DNA of 64,000 nucleotides, from contig CAVVLJ010000016.1 of the NCBI GenBank assembly GCA_963749075.1, positions 960,001-1,024,000 of the forward strand, written 5' to 3'. This document shows positions 54,564 to 64,000 of this stretch, one piece after another. Position numbers and translations under genes: made by a program. Every line of letters starts with the position of its first letter. Position 1 is the stretch's first letter. Under the pieces are notes generated by a model, which saw nothing but the letters and a program-made list of their open reading frames with translations, did not search any database and was not told where the DNA came from. Origin of the DNA: an uncultured Pseudomonadota bacterium (GTDB lineage: Bacteria > Pseudomonadota > Alphaproteobacteria > JACZXZ01).

Positions 54564-55409
54564 ATGGCGATACCGACGTTCTCCATGCGCCAGCTGCTCG
54601 AGGCTGGCGTGCACTTCGGCCACCAGACCCGGCGCTGGAATCCGAAGATGGCACCCTACCTCTTCGGGGTGCGCAACAACATTCACATCATCGATCTGCA
54701 GCACACGGTGCCGCTCCTCTATCGCGCCCTTCAGGTGGTGCGCGATGCGGCGGCCAACAACGGCCGCGTGCTCTTCGTGGGCACCAAGCGCCAGGCGGCC
54801 AACATCGTCGCCGAGGAGGCCAAGCGCTGCGGCCAGTACTACGTCAATCACCGCTGGCTCGGCGGCATGCTGACCAATTGGAAGACCATCTCCCAATCGA
54901 TCAAGCGCCTGCGCGGGCTCGACGAGGATCTGGCCCATGAGAGCCTCGGCCGCACCAAGAAGGAGCTGCTCAACCTGACGCGCGAGCGCGACAAGTACGA
55001 GCGGGCCTTGGGCGGCATCAAGGAGATGGGCGGGCTGCCGGATCTGCTCTTCGTGATCGACACCAACAAGGAGGCGATCGCCGTCGCCGAAGCGCGCAAG
55101 CTCGGCATCCCCGTGGTTGCCGTGGTCGACAGCAACTCCAACCCGGACGGCATCGACTATCCGATCCCGGGCAACGACGACAGCCAGCGCGCGATCCGCA
55201 TCTATTGCGAGCTCGTCGCCGGCGCCGTGCTCGACGGTTTGCAGGAGCAGCTCGTCAAGTCCGGGGTGGACATCGGCGCCGGTGCCGAGAGCCCGGTCGA
55301 GCAGCTGCCGGCCGCCGGCGGCGAGGCGGACGCGGCTGCGGCCGGGCCTGCCGCGGCCGCGGCGCTCGGCGAGGCGGAGGCTTTCGTCGGGACCCCCGCA
55401 GGGGAGTGA
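54564..55409 (+). CDS. rpsB: 30S ribosomal protein S2
   Basis: [24 protein letters not shown]. Confidence 0.99.
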   Translation: MAIPTFSMRQLLEAGVHFGHQTRRWNPKMAPYLFGVRNNIHIIDLQHTVPLLYRALQVVRDAAANNGRVLFVGTKRQAANIVAEEAKRCGQYYVNHRWLGGMLTNWKTISQSIKRLRGLDEDLAHESLGRTKKELLNLTRERDKYERALGGIKEMGGLPDLLFVIDTNKEAIAVAEARKLGIPVVAVVDSNSNPDGIDYPIPGNDDSQRAIRIYCELVAGAVLDGLQEQLVKSGVDIGAGAESPVEQLPAAGGEADAAAAGPAAAAALGEAEAFVGTPAGE

Positions 55410-55475
55410 GACTTGCGGCAGAAAGCTCGATAAAACAATCACTATCAGAGTAAAGCTCGCGTGAAAGGTGAAGCC

Positions 55476-56396
55476 ATGGCGGAGATCAGCGCAGCACTCG
55501 TCAAGGAACTGCGCGAGAAGACCGGCGCCGGCATGATGGATTGCAAGAAGGCGCTGGCGGAGAGCGGCGGCGCGCTCGAGCCGGCGGTCGACTGGCTGCG
55601 CAAGAAGGGCCTCGCTGCGGCGGCCAAGAAGGCCGGGCGGGTCGCCTCCGAGGGCCTCGTGGGCGTTGCGCTCAAGGGCGCTCAAGGCGCCCTCGTCGAG
55701 GTCAATGCCGAGACCGATTTCGTGGCGCGCAACGAGACCTTCCAGGCATTTGCCCGGGCCGTCGCCGAGCTTGCGTTTGCGGCGCGGGGCGACCTCGAGG
55801 CCGTGAAGCGGGCGAAGATGGCGAGCGGCCGCAGCGTGGAGGAGGAGCTCACCCACCTGATTTCGACCATCGGGGAGAACATGGGCCTGCGCCGCGCCGC
55901 CTTCCTCGAGGTGAAGGAGGGGGTCGTCGCCAGCTACATCCACAACCAGGCCTCGCCCGGCCTCGGCCGCCTGGGCGTGCTGGTGGCGCTCGAGAGCAAG
56001 GCGCCGGCCGAGAAGCTGATGCCGTTGGGCCGCCAGCTCGCCATGCAGGTCGCGGCCTCGAACCCGCAGTCGCTCGAGGTCGGCGCTCTCGATGCCGCCC
56101 TCGTCGCGCGCGAGCGCGAGGTGCTGGGCGAGCAGGCGCGGGCCAGCGGCAAGGCGGAGGACATCGTCCAGAAGATGGTCGAGGGGCGGCTCAGGAAGTT
56201 CTATCAGGAGGTCGTTCTCCTCGAGCAGGACTTCGTGCACGAGCCCGGCACCTCGGTCGGCAAGGCGCTCCAGGAGGCTGGCAAGGCGCTCGGCGCCCCG
56301 GTCCGCATAACCGGCTATCTCCGCTTTGCCCTCGGCGAGGGCATCGAGAAGAAGGCGAGCAATTTCGCGGAGGAGGTGGCCGAGCTTACCCGCTGA
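55476..56396 (+). CDS. tsf: Elongation factor Ts
   Basis: [24 protein letters not shown]. Confidence 0.99.
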   Translation: MAEISAALVKELREKTGAGMMDCKKALAESGGALEPAVDWLRKKGLAAAAKKAGRVASEGLVGVALKGAQGALVEVNAETDFVARNETFQAFARAVAELAFAARGDLEAVKRAKMASGRSVEEELTHLISTIGENMGLRRAAFLEVKEGVVASYIHNQASPGLGRLGVLVALESKAPAEKLMPLGRQLAMQVAASNPQSLEVGALDAALVAREREVLGEQARASGKAEDIVQKMVEGRLRKFYQEVVLLEQDFVHEPGTSVGKALQEAGKALGAPVRITGYLRFALGEGIEKKASNFAEEVAELTR

Positions 56397-56641
56397 GGGG
56401 CCGGCCCGCCACGCCTGCGCTTGCCGCCGCCGCCGGGGAGATTTGCCTTGGCGGTGCCAAGGCCTTGAATTTGTTACCGCGGAGCGTTGCTGCTTGGGCT
56501 ATAGTGAGAGAGCGCCGGGTGCGCATCCGGACCAGCGGCCGGCTCCCGTCGGGAGTCCGCGCGGCCGGCCGTCCACGAGGGAAGGGATGGGTTGCTTCGG
56601 CGGGCCGCGAGGCCCGCTCAGAGGAGGATGACCCGCACGCC

Positions 56642-57379
56642 ATGTCGAGCGAACCGCAGCCCCGGACAAGCCTTCGCTATCGGCGAATCCTGCTGAAGAT
56701 CTCGGGCGAGGCGCTCATGGGCGCGCGCGATTACGGGCTCGACTGGGAGACCGTGCGCGGCATCGCCGAGGACATCCGCTCGGTCCATGCCTTGGGCGTG
56801 GAGCTCTCCCTCGTGATCGGCGGCGGCAACATTTTCCGCGGGCTCGAGGGCAGCGTGGGCGGCATGGAGCGCGCCGGGGCCGACTATATCGGCATGCTGG
56901 CTACCGTGATGAACGCGCTCGCCATGCAGAACGCGCTGGAGGGGCTCGCGGTCGACACCCGCGTGGTCTCGGCCATCCCCATGCAGACCGTGTGCGAGCC
57001 CTACATCCGGCGTCGGGCACTGCGCCATCTCGAGAAGGGCCGGGTGGTGATCTTCGCGGCCGGCACGGGCAATCCTTTCTTCACCACCGACACGGCGGCG
57101 GCGCTGCGCGCCTCGGAGATGGGCTGCGACGTGCTGCTCAAGGGCACCAAGGTCGACGGCGTCTATTCCGCCGACCCCAACAAGGTGGCCGGCGCCGTGC
57201 GCTACGAGCGCCTCACCTACCTCGAGGTGCTGTCGCGCGATCTCAAGGTCATGGATGCCTCGGCGATCTCGCTGACGCGTGAAAATCGCATTCCCATCCT
57301 GGTGTTTTCGCTGCACAATCCCGGCGCTTTTGCCGATGTGGTGCAGGGCCGGGGCCGCTTCACGCTGATCAGCGACTAG
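56642..57379 (+). CDS. pyrH: UMP kinase
   Basis: [25 protein letters not shown]. Confidence 0.98.
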   Translation: MSSEPQPRTSLRYRRILLKISGEALMGARDYGLDWETVRGIAEDIRSVHALGVELSLVIGGGNIFRGLEGSVGGMERAGADYIGMLATVMNALAMQNALEGLAVDTRVVSAIPMQTVCEPYIRRRALRHLEKGRVVIFAAGTGNPFFTTDTAAALRASEMGCDVLLKGTKVDGVYSADPNKVAGAVRYERLTYLEVLSRDLKVMDASAISLTRENRIPILVFSLHNPGAFADVVQGRGRFTLISD

Positions 57380-57415
57380 GCGGCCGGCGGCTCGGGCAAG
57401 CAGCAGGGACAAGCC

Positions 57416-57973
57416 GTGAGCGAACATGACATCAGCAACCTGAAGCGGCGCATGGACGGAGCGATCGAGGTGCTGCGCAAGGAGCTCGGCGGCCTCAGGA
57501 CCGGCCGCGCCTCCGTGAATCTGCTCGAGCCGATCCAGGTCAGCGCCTACGGCTCGGCGCTGCCGCTCAACCAGGTCGGCACCGTGGGCGTGCCCGAGCC
57601 GCGCCTCGTCACCGTACAGGTGTGGGACAAGACGCTGGTGGGCGCCGTCGACAAGGCCATCCGGGAGTCGGGGCTCGGGCTCAATCCGCAGACCGAGGGC
57701 ACCCTCATCCGCGTGCCCATTCCGGAGCTTTCCCAGGAGCGCCGCCAGGAGCTCTCGAAGGTGGCGCACAAATACGCCGAGCAGGCGCGCATCGCGGTGC
57801 GCAACGTGCGGCGCGACGGCATGGAGCATCTCAAGCGGCAGGAGAAGAGCCACGAGATCTCGCAGGACGATCACCGCCACCGCTCCGACGAGATCCAGAA
57901 GCTGACCGACGGCTACATCAAGCGGATCGACGAGACGCTCGCGCAGAAAGAGAAAGAGATCATGCAGGTGTGA
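57416..57973 (+). CDS. frr: Ribosome recycling factor
   Basis: LRTGRAS, IP.LSQERR, RNVRRD. Confidence 0.98.
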   Translation: MSEHDISNLKRRMDGAIEVLRKELGGLRTGRASVNLLEPIQVSAYGSALPLNQVGTVGVPEPRLVTVQVWDKTLVGAVDKAIRESGLGLNPQTEGTLIRVPIPELSQERRQELSKVAHKYAEQARIAVRNVRRDGMEHLKRQEKSHEISQDDHRHRSDEIQKLTDGYIKRIDETLAQKEKEIMQV

Positions 57974-58725
57974 TGAGCGAGCCTACCACCATGGACACGG
58001 CCACCTCAACGTCCGCGGCTTCGCCGCCGCCGCTTCATGTCGCCATCGTGATGGACGGCAACGGGCGCTGGGCCAAGCTGCGCGGGTTGCCGCGCACGGC
58101 GGGCCACCGGCGCGGCGCCGACGCCGTGCGCCGGGCGGTGCAGAGCGCCTTGGAGCTCGGGGTCGGCTATCTGACGCTCTTCGGCTTCTCGTCCGAGAAT
58201 TGGCGCCGCCCGCCGGCCGAGGTCCACGACCTCATGGCGCTCCTCCGCCTCTATCTGCGCGGCGAGGTGGCCGAGCTGCACGGCAACGGCGTGCGCCTCA
58301 GCGTCATCGGCGAGCGTCAGCGCTTATCTCACGACATCGTCGAGCTGATCGAGAGTGCCGAGGCTCTGACGCGCAACAATAGCGCCCTCGTGCTCACCGT
58401 CGCCTTGAGCTACGGCGGCCGGCAGGACGTGGTGCAGGCGGCCCGCAGGCTTGCCGAGGAGGTGCAGCGCGGCCGGCTCAGCCCGGCCGACATCGACGAG
58501 CGGGCCGTGGCGCACCGCCTGTGGACCGGCGAGCTGCCGGATCCCGATCTCGTGATCCGTACCAGCGGAGAGCGCCGGCTGAGCAATTTCCTCCTCTGGC
58601 AGTCGGCCTATGCCGAGTTCGTCTTTCTCGACACGCTGTGGCCGGATTTCTCCAAGGGCGATTTCGAGCGCGCGATCCGGGAGTTCCAAGGCCGTGAACG
58701 CCGCTACGGCGCGAGCCGTGGCTGA
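57973..58725 (+). CDS. uppS: Undecaprenyl diphosphate synthase
   Basis: HVAIVMDGNGRWA, FSSENW.RP, IRTSGE.RLSNFLLWQ. Confidence 0.97.
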   Translation: MSEPTTMDTATSTSAASPPPLHVAIVMDGNGRWAKLRGLPRTAGHRRGADAVRRAVQSALELGVGYLTLFGFSSENWRRPPAEVHDLMALLRLYLRGEVAELHGNGVRLSVIGERQRLSHDIVELIESAEALTRNNSALVLTVALSYGGRQDVVQAARRLAEEVQRGRLSPADIDERAVAHRLWTGELPDPDLVIRTSGERRLSNFLLWQSAYAEFVFLDTLWPDFSKGDFERAIREFQGRERRYGASRG

Positions 58726-59530
58726 CAGGCGCGCCAACGCCTTGGCCTTGCGCGCCGCCTCGGCCCTGGTGATGGCGCCGCTCGCCGCCGCGGCCGTGCT
58801 GCTCGGGCGGCCGTTCTTCGCAGCACTGGTCGCACTCGCCTGCGCGGCGCTGGCCTGGGAATGGGATCGTCTGTGCGCCGAGGGCCGCTTCGGGCCAACC
58901 GGCTGGCTCCTCCTCGCGGTGACGCTCGCAGGCGTTCTAGCGGCAAGCCTCGGCTATCAAGGCGCTGCAGCGCTCGGCGCCGTGCCAGGGGCACTCCTCG
59001 TCTATGCCGCGGCCAAGGCCGCCGCTGCGAAGAACCCGGCGTGGCACGCGGCCGGGGTGTTCTATCTCGTGGTGCCGAGCGCGGCGCTCCTTTGGCTCTA
59101 TCGCGACTCAGGAGCCTATGCCGTGCTTTGGCTCTTCGCCGTGGTGTGGGCGACGGATATCGGGGCCTTTGCCTGCGGCCGTCTCCTCGGCGGCCCGCGC
59201 CTCGCGCCGCGGCTCAGTCCCAACAAGACGTGGGCCGGGCTCTGCGGCGGACTGCTCGCCGCCGCCGTGGCGGGGGCACTCCTGGCGCCGCTTCTCGGGC
59301 TCTCGGCGAGGGGCTTTCTGGCCGGGCTCAGCGTCTTCGTCTCGCTCGCGGCGCAGGGCGGCGACCTCCTCGAGTTGGCGGTCAAGCGCCATTTCCATGT
59401 CAAGGACATGAGCCGCCTCATCCCCGGCCACGGCGGCCTCTTCGACCGCGTCGACGGCCTCCTCGCGGCAGCGCCGGCTGCGGCGCTCATGCAGCTCCTC
59501 TCGGGCGGGGGCCTGCTCGCATGGCGCTGA
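58718..59530 (+). CDS. cdsA: Phosphatidate cytidylyltransferase
   Basis: GTG start; SPNKTW, KR...KD....PGHGG..DR.D. Confidence 0.95.
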   Translation: MADRRANALALRAASALVMAPLAAAAVLLGRPFFAALVALACAALAWEWDRLCAEGRFGPTGWLLLAVTLAGVLAASLGYQGAAALGAVPGALLVYAAAKAAAAKNPAWHAAGVFYLVVPSAALLWLYRDSGAYAVLWLFAVVWATDIGAFACGRLLGGPRLAPRLSPNKTWAGLCGGLLAAAVAGALLAPLLGLSARGFLAGLSVFVSLAAQGGDLLELAVKRHFHVKDMSRLIPGHGGLFDRVDGLLAAAPAAALMQLLSGGGLLAWR

Positions 59531-59532
59531 GC

Positions 59533-60736
59533 ATGGCCAAGCCCTTGAGCCGCAGCGAGCCGGGGGCGGTGGAGAAGCGCATCACCGTGCTCGGCTCGAC
59601 CGGCTCGGTCGGGCGCAGCACGCTCGATCTCGTCGAGCGCAACCCGGAGCGCTTCGCCGTCGAGGCGCTCACGGCGCGGAGCAATGTCCGCCTGCTTGCC
59701 GAGCAGGCGCTGCGCCACCGGGCGCGCCTCGCGGTGGTGGCCGACGAGGCGCATTACGCGGCGCTCAAGGAGGCGCTCTCCGGAAGCGGGATCGAGGTTG
59801 CGGCGGGCGGCGAGGCGGTGGTCGAGGCGGCGCGCCGGCCGGCGGAATGGGTCATGGCGGCGATCGTGGGCGCCGCCGGCCTCGAGGCGACGCTGGCCGC
59901 GGTCGAGCGCGGCGCCGTGGTCGGGCTCGCCAACAAGGAGACGCTCGTCTGCGCGGGCGACATCGTCATGGAGCGCGTGGCCGCCAACGCCGCCACGCTG
60001 CTGCCGGTCGATTCCGAGCACAGCGCCATCTTTCAGGTCTTCGATTTCGCGCGCGCCGAGGCCGTCGAGCGCATCATCCTGACGGGCTCGGGCGGGCCGT
60101 TCCGCACCATCCATCCCTCCCAGCTCCATTCGGTGACGCCGGCGCAGGCGGTGGCGCATCCCAACTGGTCGATGGGCGCCAAGATCTCCGTCGAACTCGG
60201 CGACCATGATGAACAAGGGTCTCGAGGTGATCGAGGCGTCCTACCTCTTTCCCGTGCCGGCCGAGCGCATCGAGATCGTGGTGCATCCGCAGTCGGTCAT
60301 CCACAGCATGGTCGAATATGTCGACGGCTCGGTGCTCGCCCAGCTCGGCACGCCCGACATGCGCACGCCCATCGCCTACGCGCTGTCCTGGCCGGCGCGC
60401 ATGGCGGCACCCGCCAAGCGTCTCGACTTCGGGGTGCTGTCGGCGCTCACCTTCGAGCCCCCGGACGAGGAGCGCTTCCCCGCACTGCGCCTCGCGCGCG
60501 AGGCCTTGAAAAGCGGCGGCAATAGCCCGACAATTCTCAATGCCGCCAACGAGATCGCGGTCGCGGCGTTCCTCGAGGGCCGCATCCGCTTCCTCGACAT
60601 CGTGCGCACCGTCGAGGAGGTGCTTGGCGCGCTCCCGAATGCGGCGCTTCGCACCCTTGCCGAGGTGCGCGCGGCGGACGCCGCGGCGCGCGAGCGGGCG
60701 CGGCGTTACGTCAGCGCTTTGCCGGGTCCCGGCTAG
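59533..60736 (+). CDS. dxr: 1-deoxy-D-xylulose-5-phosphate reductoisomerase with an apparent +1 frameshift at 60194-60195
   Basis: [26 protein letters not shown] in one frame; MMNKGLE and NAANE in the next; deleting one A restores [13 protein letters not shown]. Confidence 0.93.
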
Positions 60737-60877
60737 TGTTCCTCGCCCGATGGTTCGTTGCGAACCGCCGGCCGGGAAAACCGGCCACACGATCGTGATG
60801 CGCGGCGGGTTCGATACGATGATCGGGAATCGAGCGTCGCATCCGTATTACTAGAGGCGCAGAAGGACGAGCAGCCG

Positions 60878-62011
60878 ATGCATTTCATTGCCAGCAGCCT
60901 GCAGTACATCGTGCCGTTCCTCGTCGTGCTCACCGTGCTGGTGTTCGTGCACGAGATGGGGCATTTCTGGATCGCGCGCCGCAACGGCGTGCGCGTCGAG
61001 GTGTTCTCGATCGGTTTCGGCCCGGAGATCTTCGGCTGGACCGACCGGCACCGGACGCGCTGGAAGATCAGCCTTCTGCCGCTCGGCGGCTATGTGCGCA
61101 TGTTCGGCGATGCCAACGCCATGAGCGCTCCCGAAGAGGGCTTAGCTGAGATGACGGCCGAGGAGCGCCAGGTCTCCTTCCATCACAAGAGCGTGGGCCA
61201 GCGCGCCGCCGTGGTGGCGGCGGGCCCGATCGCCAATTTCCTCCTGGCGATCGTGGTCTTTGCGGCCCTCTTCGCCATCGTCGGCCAGCCCTTCACCTCG
61301 CCCGTCATCGGCCAGGTCGACCCGGGCAGTGCCGCGGCGCGCGCCGGCTTCGAGCCCGGCGACCGCATCGTCTCGATCAACGGCGAGCTCATCGAGCGCT
61401 TCCAGCAGGTCGTCCGCATCGTCGAGATCGGCCTCGGCGAGCCGCTCGCCGTCGAGGTCCTGCGCGGCGACAAGAAGGTGACGCTGCACGCCGTTCCGGA
61501 GGTGATCGAGCACCGCGACAATTTCGGCCATAGCTACCAGATCGGCCGGCTCGGCCTGCGCGCCAAGGGGGTCGAGTACGTCCGCTACGACCCGCTCTCG
61601 GCGCTGTGGCGTGCCACCGAGGAGACGGGAGAGCTCACCTTCGCGACCCTCAAGGCGATCGGGCAGATGATCGTCGGCACGCGCAGCACGGACGAGCTCC
61701 AGGGCCCGATCGGCATCGGCAAGATGGCAGGCGACATGGCCGAGGGCGGCATCGTTCCGACCGCGTGGTTCTTGGGCGTGCTCTCGCTCAACCTCGGCCT
61801 CATCAACATTCTCCCTATTCCCATGCTTGACGGCGGCCATCTGCTGTTCTACGCCCTGGAGGCCGTCCGCCGCCGGCCGCTCGGCCCCCGCATCCAGGAT
61901 TACGGTTTCCGGATCGGCCTCACTCTGGTATTCCTGTTGATGGTCTTCGCGACATGGAACGACCTCGTGCACCTCAAGGTCATCCAGTACGTCGCCGGTC
62001 TGATATCCTGA
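60878..62011 (+). CDS. rseP: RIP metalloprotease RseP
   Basis: HEMGH, GFGP, PDZ domain, NILPIPMLDGG. Confidence 0.96.
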   Translation: MHFIASSLQYIVPFLVVLTVLVFVHEMGHFWIARRNGVRVEVFSIGFGPEIFGWTDRHRTRWKISLLPLGGYVRMFGDANAMSAPEEGLAEMTAEERQVSFHHKSVGQRAAVVAAGPIANFLLAIVVFAALFAIVGQPFTSPVIGQVDPGSAAARAGFEPGDRIVSINGELIERFQQVVRIVEIGLGEPLAVEVLRGDKKVTLHAVPEVIEHRDNFGHSYQIGRLGLRAKGVEYVRYDPLSALWRATEETGELTFATLKAIGQMIVGTRSTDELQGPIGIGKMAGDMAEGGIVPTAWFLGVLSLNLGLINILPIPMLDGGHLLFYALEAVRRRPLGPRIQDYGFRIGLTLVFLLMVFATWNDLVHLKVIQYVAGLIS

Positions 62012-62054
62012 GCGCCGGTTAGAAAGCACGAAGGGGAAAGGCGGGGAGCGGGCG

Positions 62055-64000
62055 GTGGGTCGTGTTTTTCGATGGGCGGTCGGATTGTGGCTGGCGGCGG
62101 CATGCATGTGGCCGCCGCTTGCGGCTTATGCCCAGACCGCGGCCTCCGGGCCCGACAGCGTGCGCGAGATCCGCATCGAGGGCACCCAGCGGATCGAGCC
62201 CGAGACCGTGCGCTCCTATCTCACCATCCACTTGGCCGACCGCTTCGACCCCGAGAAGATGGACGAGTCGCTCAAGGCGCTCTACGCCACCGGGCTCTTC
62301 GCCGACGTGATCCTGCGCCGGGAGGGCGATGCGCTCGTGGTGCGTGTGGTCGAGAACCCGGTCATCAACCGCGTCGCCTTCGAGGGCAACAAGAAGATCG
62401 AAGACAAGAAGCTGAATGACGAGATCCAGCTCAAGACGCGCTCGGTCTACAGCCGCATCAAGGTCCAGCAGGACGTGAAGCGCATCCTCGAGCTCTACCG
62501 CAAGAGCGGCCGGTTCTCCGCGACCGTCGAGCCCAAGGTGATCACGCTTCCCGAGAACCGCGTCGACCTGGTCTACGAGATCGACGAGGGCGACAAGACC
62601 AAGGTCACGCGGATCAGCTTCATCGGCAATCACGTGTTCAGCGACGGCCGCCTGCGCGAAGTGATCCAGACGACCGAGGCGGCGTGGTGGCGCTTCTTCA
62701 CCAGCAGCGACACCTACGATCCCGACCGCCTGACATTCGACCGCGAGCTGATGCGCAAGTTCTATCTCGCGAACGGCTACGCCGACTTCCGCGTGGTGTC
62801 CGCGGTGGCGGAGCTGGCGCCCGACAAGAGCGGCTTCTACGTCACCTTCACCGTCGACGAGGGCGACCGCTACAAGTTCGGCAAGATCGCCGTGAAGAGC
62901 ACCGTGAAGGACGTCGACCCGAAGACGCTCGAGAGCCTCGTCACCATCCAGGAGGGCGACTGGTACAACGCCGATCAGGTGGAGACCACGATCAAGCAGA
63001 TCTCCGACGCGCTCGGGACCCGCGGTTACGCCTTCGTCGAGGTGCGGCCGCGCGTCCAGCGCGACAAGGCGAAGAAGATCATCAACATCACCTTCGACGT
63101 GCAGGAAGGCCCGCGCGTCTACGTCGAGCGCATCAACATCAAGGGCAACACGCGCACCGAAGACAAGGTGATCCGCCGCGAGCTGCAGTTTGCCGAAGGC
63201 GACGCCTTCAACACCTCCAAGATCGAGGAGTCGCGGCGGCGGCTCAAGAATCTCGGCTTCTTCGAGACCTCGGACATCAGCAATACGCCCGGCTCGCAGC
63301 CCGACACCACCAACGTCACGGTCGAGGTGAAGGAGCAGCCGACCGGCGAGGTCTCGCTGGGCGCCGGCTATTCGACGACGGAAGGCCCCATCGGCGACGT
63401 CGGCGTCCGCGAGAAGAACTTCCTCGGCACCGGCCAGGATCTGTCGGCGCGCTTCGCGATCTCGTTCCGCACGCAGGAGCTCGACACCAGCTGGACCGAT
63501 CCCTACTTCATGGACAGCAATATCGCGGTCGGTGCCGACCTCTTCGACATCCAGCAGGACCTGACCAACCAGAACGACTTCCGCGAGGTGACCCTCGGCG
63601 GCACGCTGCGTGCGGGCTACGAGGTCCTCGACAACCTGCGCCAGACTTGGCACTACACCATCCGCCGAGACATCATCGATAAGATAACGTCCGATGCCTC
63701 GATCTTCATTCAGCAGCAGCACGGCGCCGCGATCACCTCGCTCGTCGGCCAGGAGATCATGTACGACAAGCGCGACAACCGCCTCGATCCGACGAGCGGC
63801 TATTACTGGAAGCTCGATACCGACATCGCCGGGCTCGGCGGCGACGTGGAATACCAGCGCGACGTGCTGTCGGCCGGCTATTATTACCCGATCGCCGATG
63901 AGTGGGTGGTGAGCCTCACGGGCGAGAGCGGCTACATGATCCGGCTCGGCCCGCCCATTCGCATCGTCGACAGCTTCTTCCTCGGCGGCGACAACTTCCC
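62055..64000 (+). CDS. bamA: Outer membrane protein assembly factor BamA (3' end outside the window)
   Basis: Hand translation from GTG 62055: signal peptide, then VREIRIEGTQRIEPETVRSYL, LYATGLF, VVENPVIN, GNTRT.DKVIRRE, NFLGTGQ. No stop seen before the window end. Confidence 0.96.
   Translation, partial: MGRVFRWAVGLWLAAACMWPPLAAYAQTAASGPDSVREIRIEGTQRIEPETVRSYLTIHLADRFDPEKMDESLKALYATGLFADVILRREGDALVVRVVENPVINRVAFEGNKKIEDKKLNDEIQLKTRSVYSRIKVQQDVKRILELYRKSGRFSATVEPKVITLPENRVDLVYEIDEGDKTKVTRISFIGNHVFSDGRLREVIQTTEAAWWRFFTSSDTYDPDRLTFDRELMRKFYLANGYADFRVVSAVAELAPDKSGFYVTFTVDEGDRYKFGKIAVKSTVKDVDPKTLESLVTIQEGDWYNADQVETTIKQISDALGTRGYAFVEVRPRVQRDKAKKIINITFDVQEGPRVYVERINIKGNTRTEDKVIRRELQFAEGDAFNTSKIEESRRRLKNLGFFETSDISNTPGSQPDTTNVTVEVKEQPTGEVSLGAGYSTTEGPIGDVGVREKNFLGTGQDLSARFAISFRTQELDTSWTDPYFMDSNIAVGADLFDIQQDLTNQNDFREVTLGGTLRAGYEVLDNLRQTWHYTIRRDIIDKITSDASIFIQQQHGAAITSLVGQEIMYDKRDNRLDPTSGYYWKLDTDIAGLGGDVEYQRDVLSAGYYYPIADEWVVSLTGESGYMIRLGPPIRIVDSFFLGGDNF

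Overview
High-GC alphaproteobacterial chromosome, most consistent with a Rhodospirillales-like lineage (its tRNA-His keeps G-1/C73). Most of the window is conserved backbone: glnB-glnA (sigma54 promoter plus NtrC box), nnr, tRNA-Leu-tig-clpP-clpX-lon-HU, tRNA-Val/Asp, the complete nuoA-N operon, birA-coaX-rnj-mce-DUF1467, proS-lolC/E-lolD-dnaE and rpsB-tsf-pyrH-frr-uppS-cdsA-dxr-rseP-bamA (bamA runs off the end and is missing from the ORF track). Accessory DNA lies at ~5.3-8.6 kb, ~11.7-18.6 kb and ~44.3-47.5 kb. The best novel candidates are both in the last block. (1) A two-gene operon at 46028-47257: a 313-aa protein whose beta-rich C-terminal domain contains only two glutamates, spaced like the neprosin catalytic dyad, followed by an 85-aa protein that is an ungapped homologue of the large protein's N-terminal segment. 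This is a candidate pro-protease with a free-standing propeptide inhibitor. (2) An unannotated, structured ~190-nt minus-strand sRNA (promoter, four hairpins, terminator) carrying a sequence complementary to the alpha-r8/MmgR seed, next to PhaR-like boxes. Two apparent frameshifts (dxr, DUF1467) and recurring TCG>TTG changes at GANTC sites suggest systematic sequence errors. All calls come from reading the sequence; no database searches were run.
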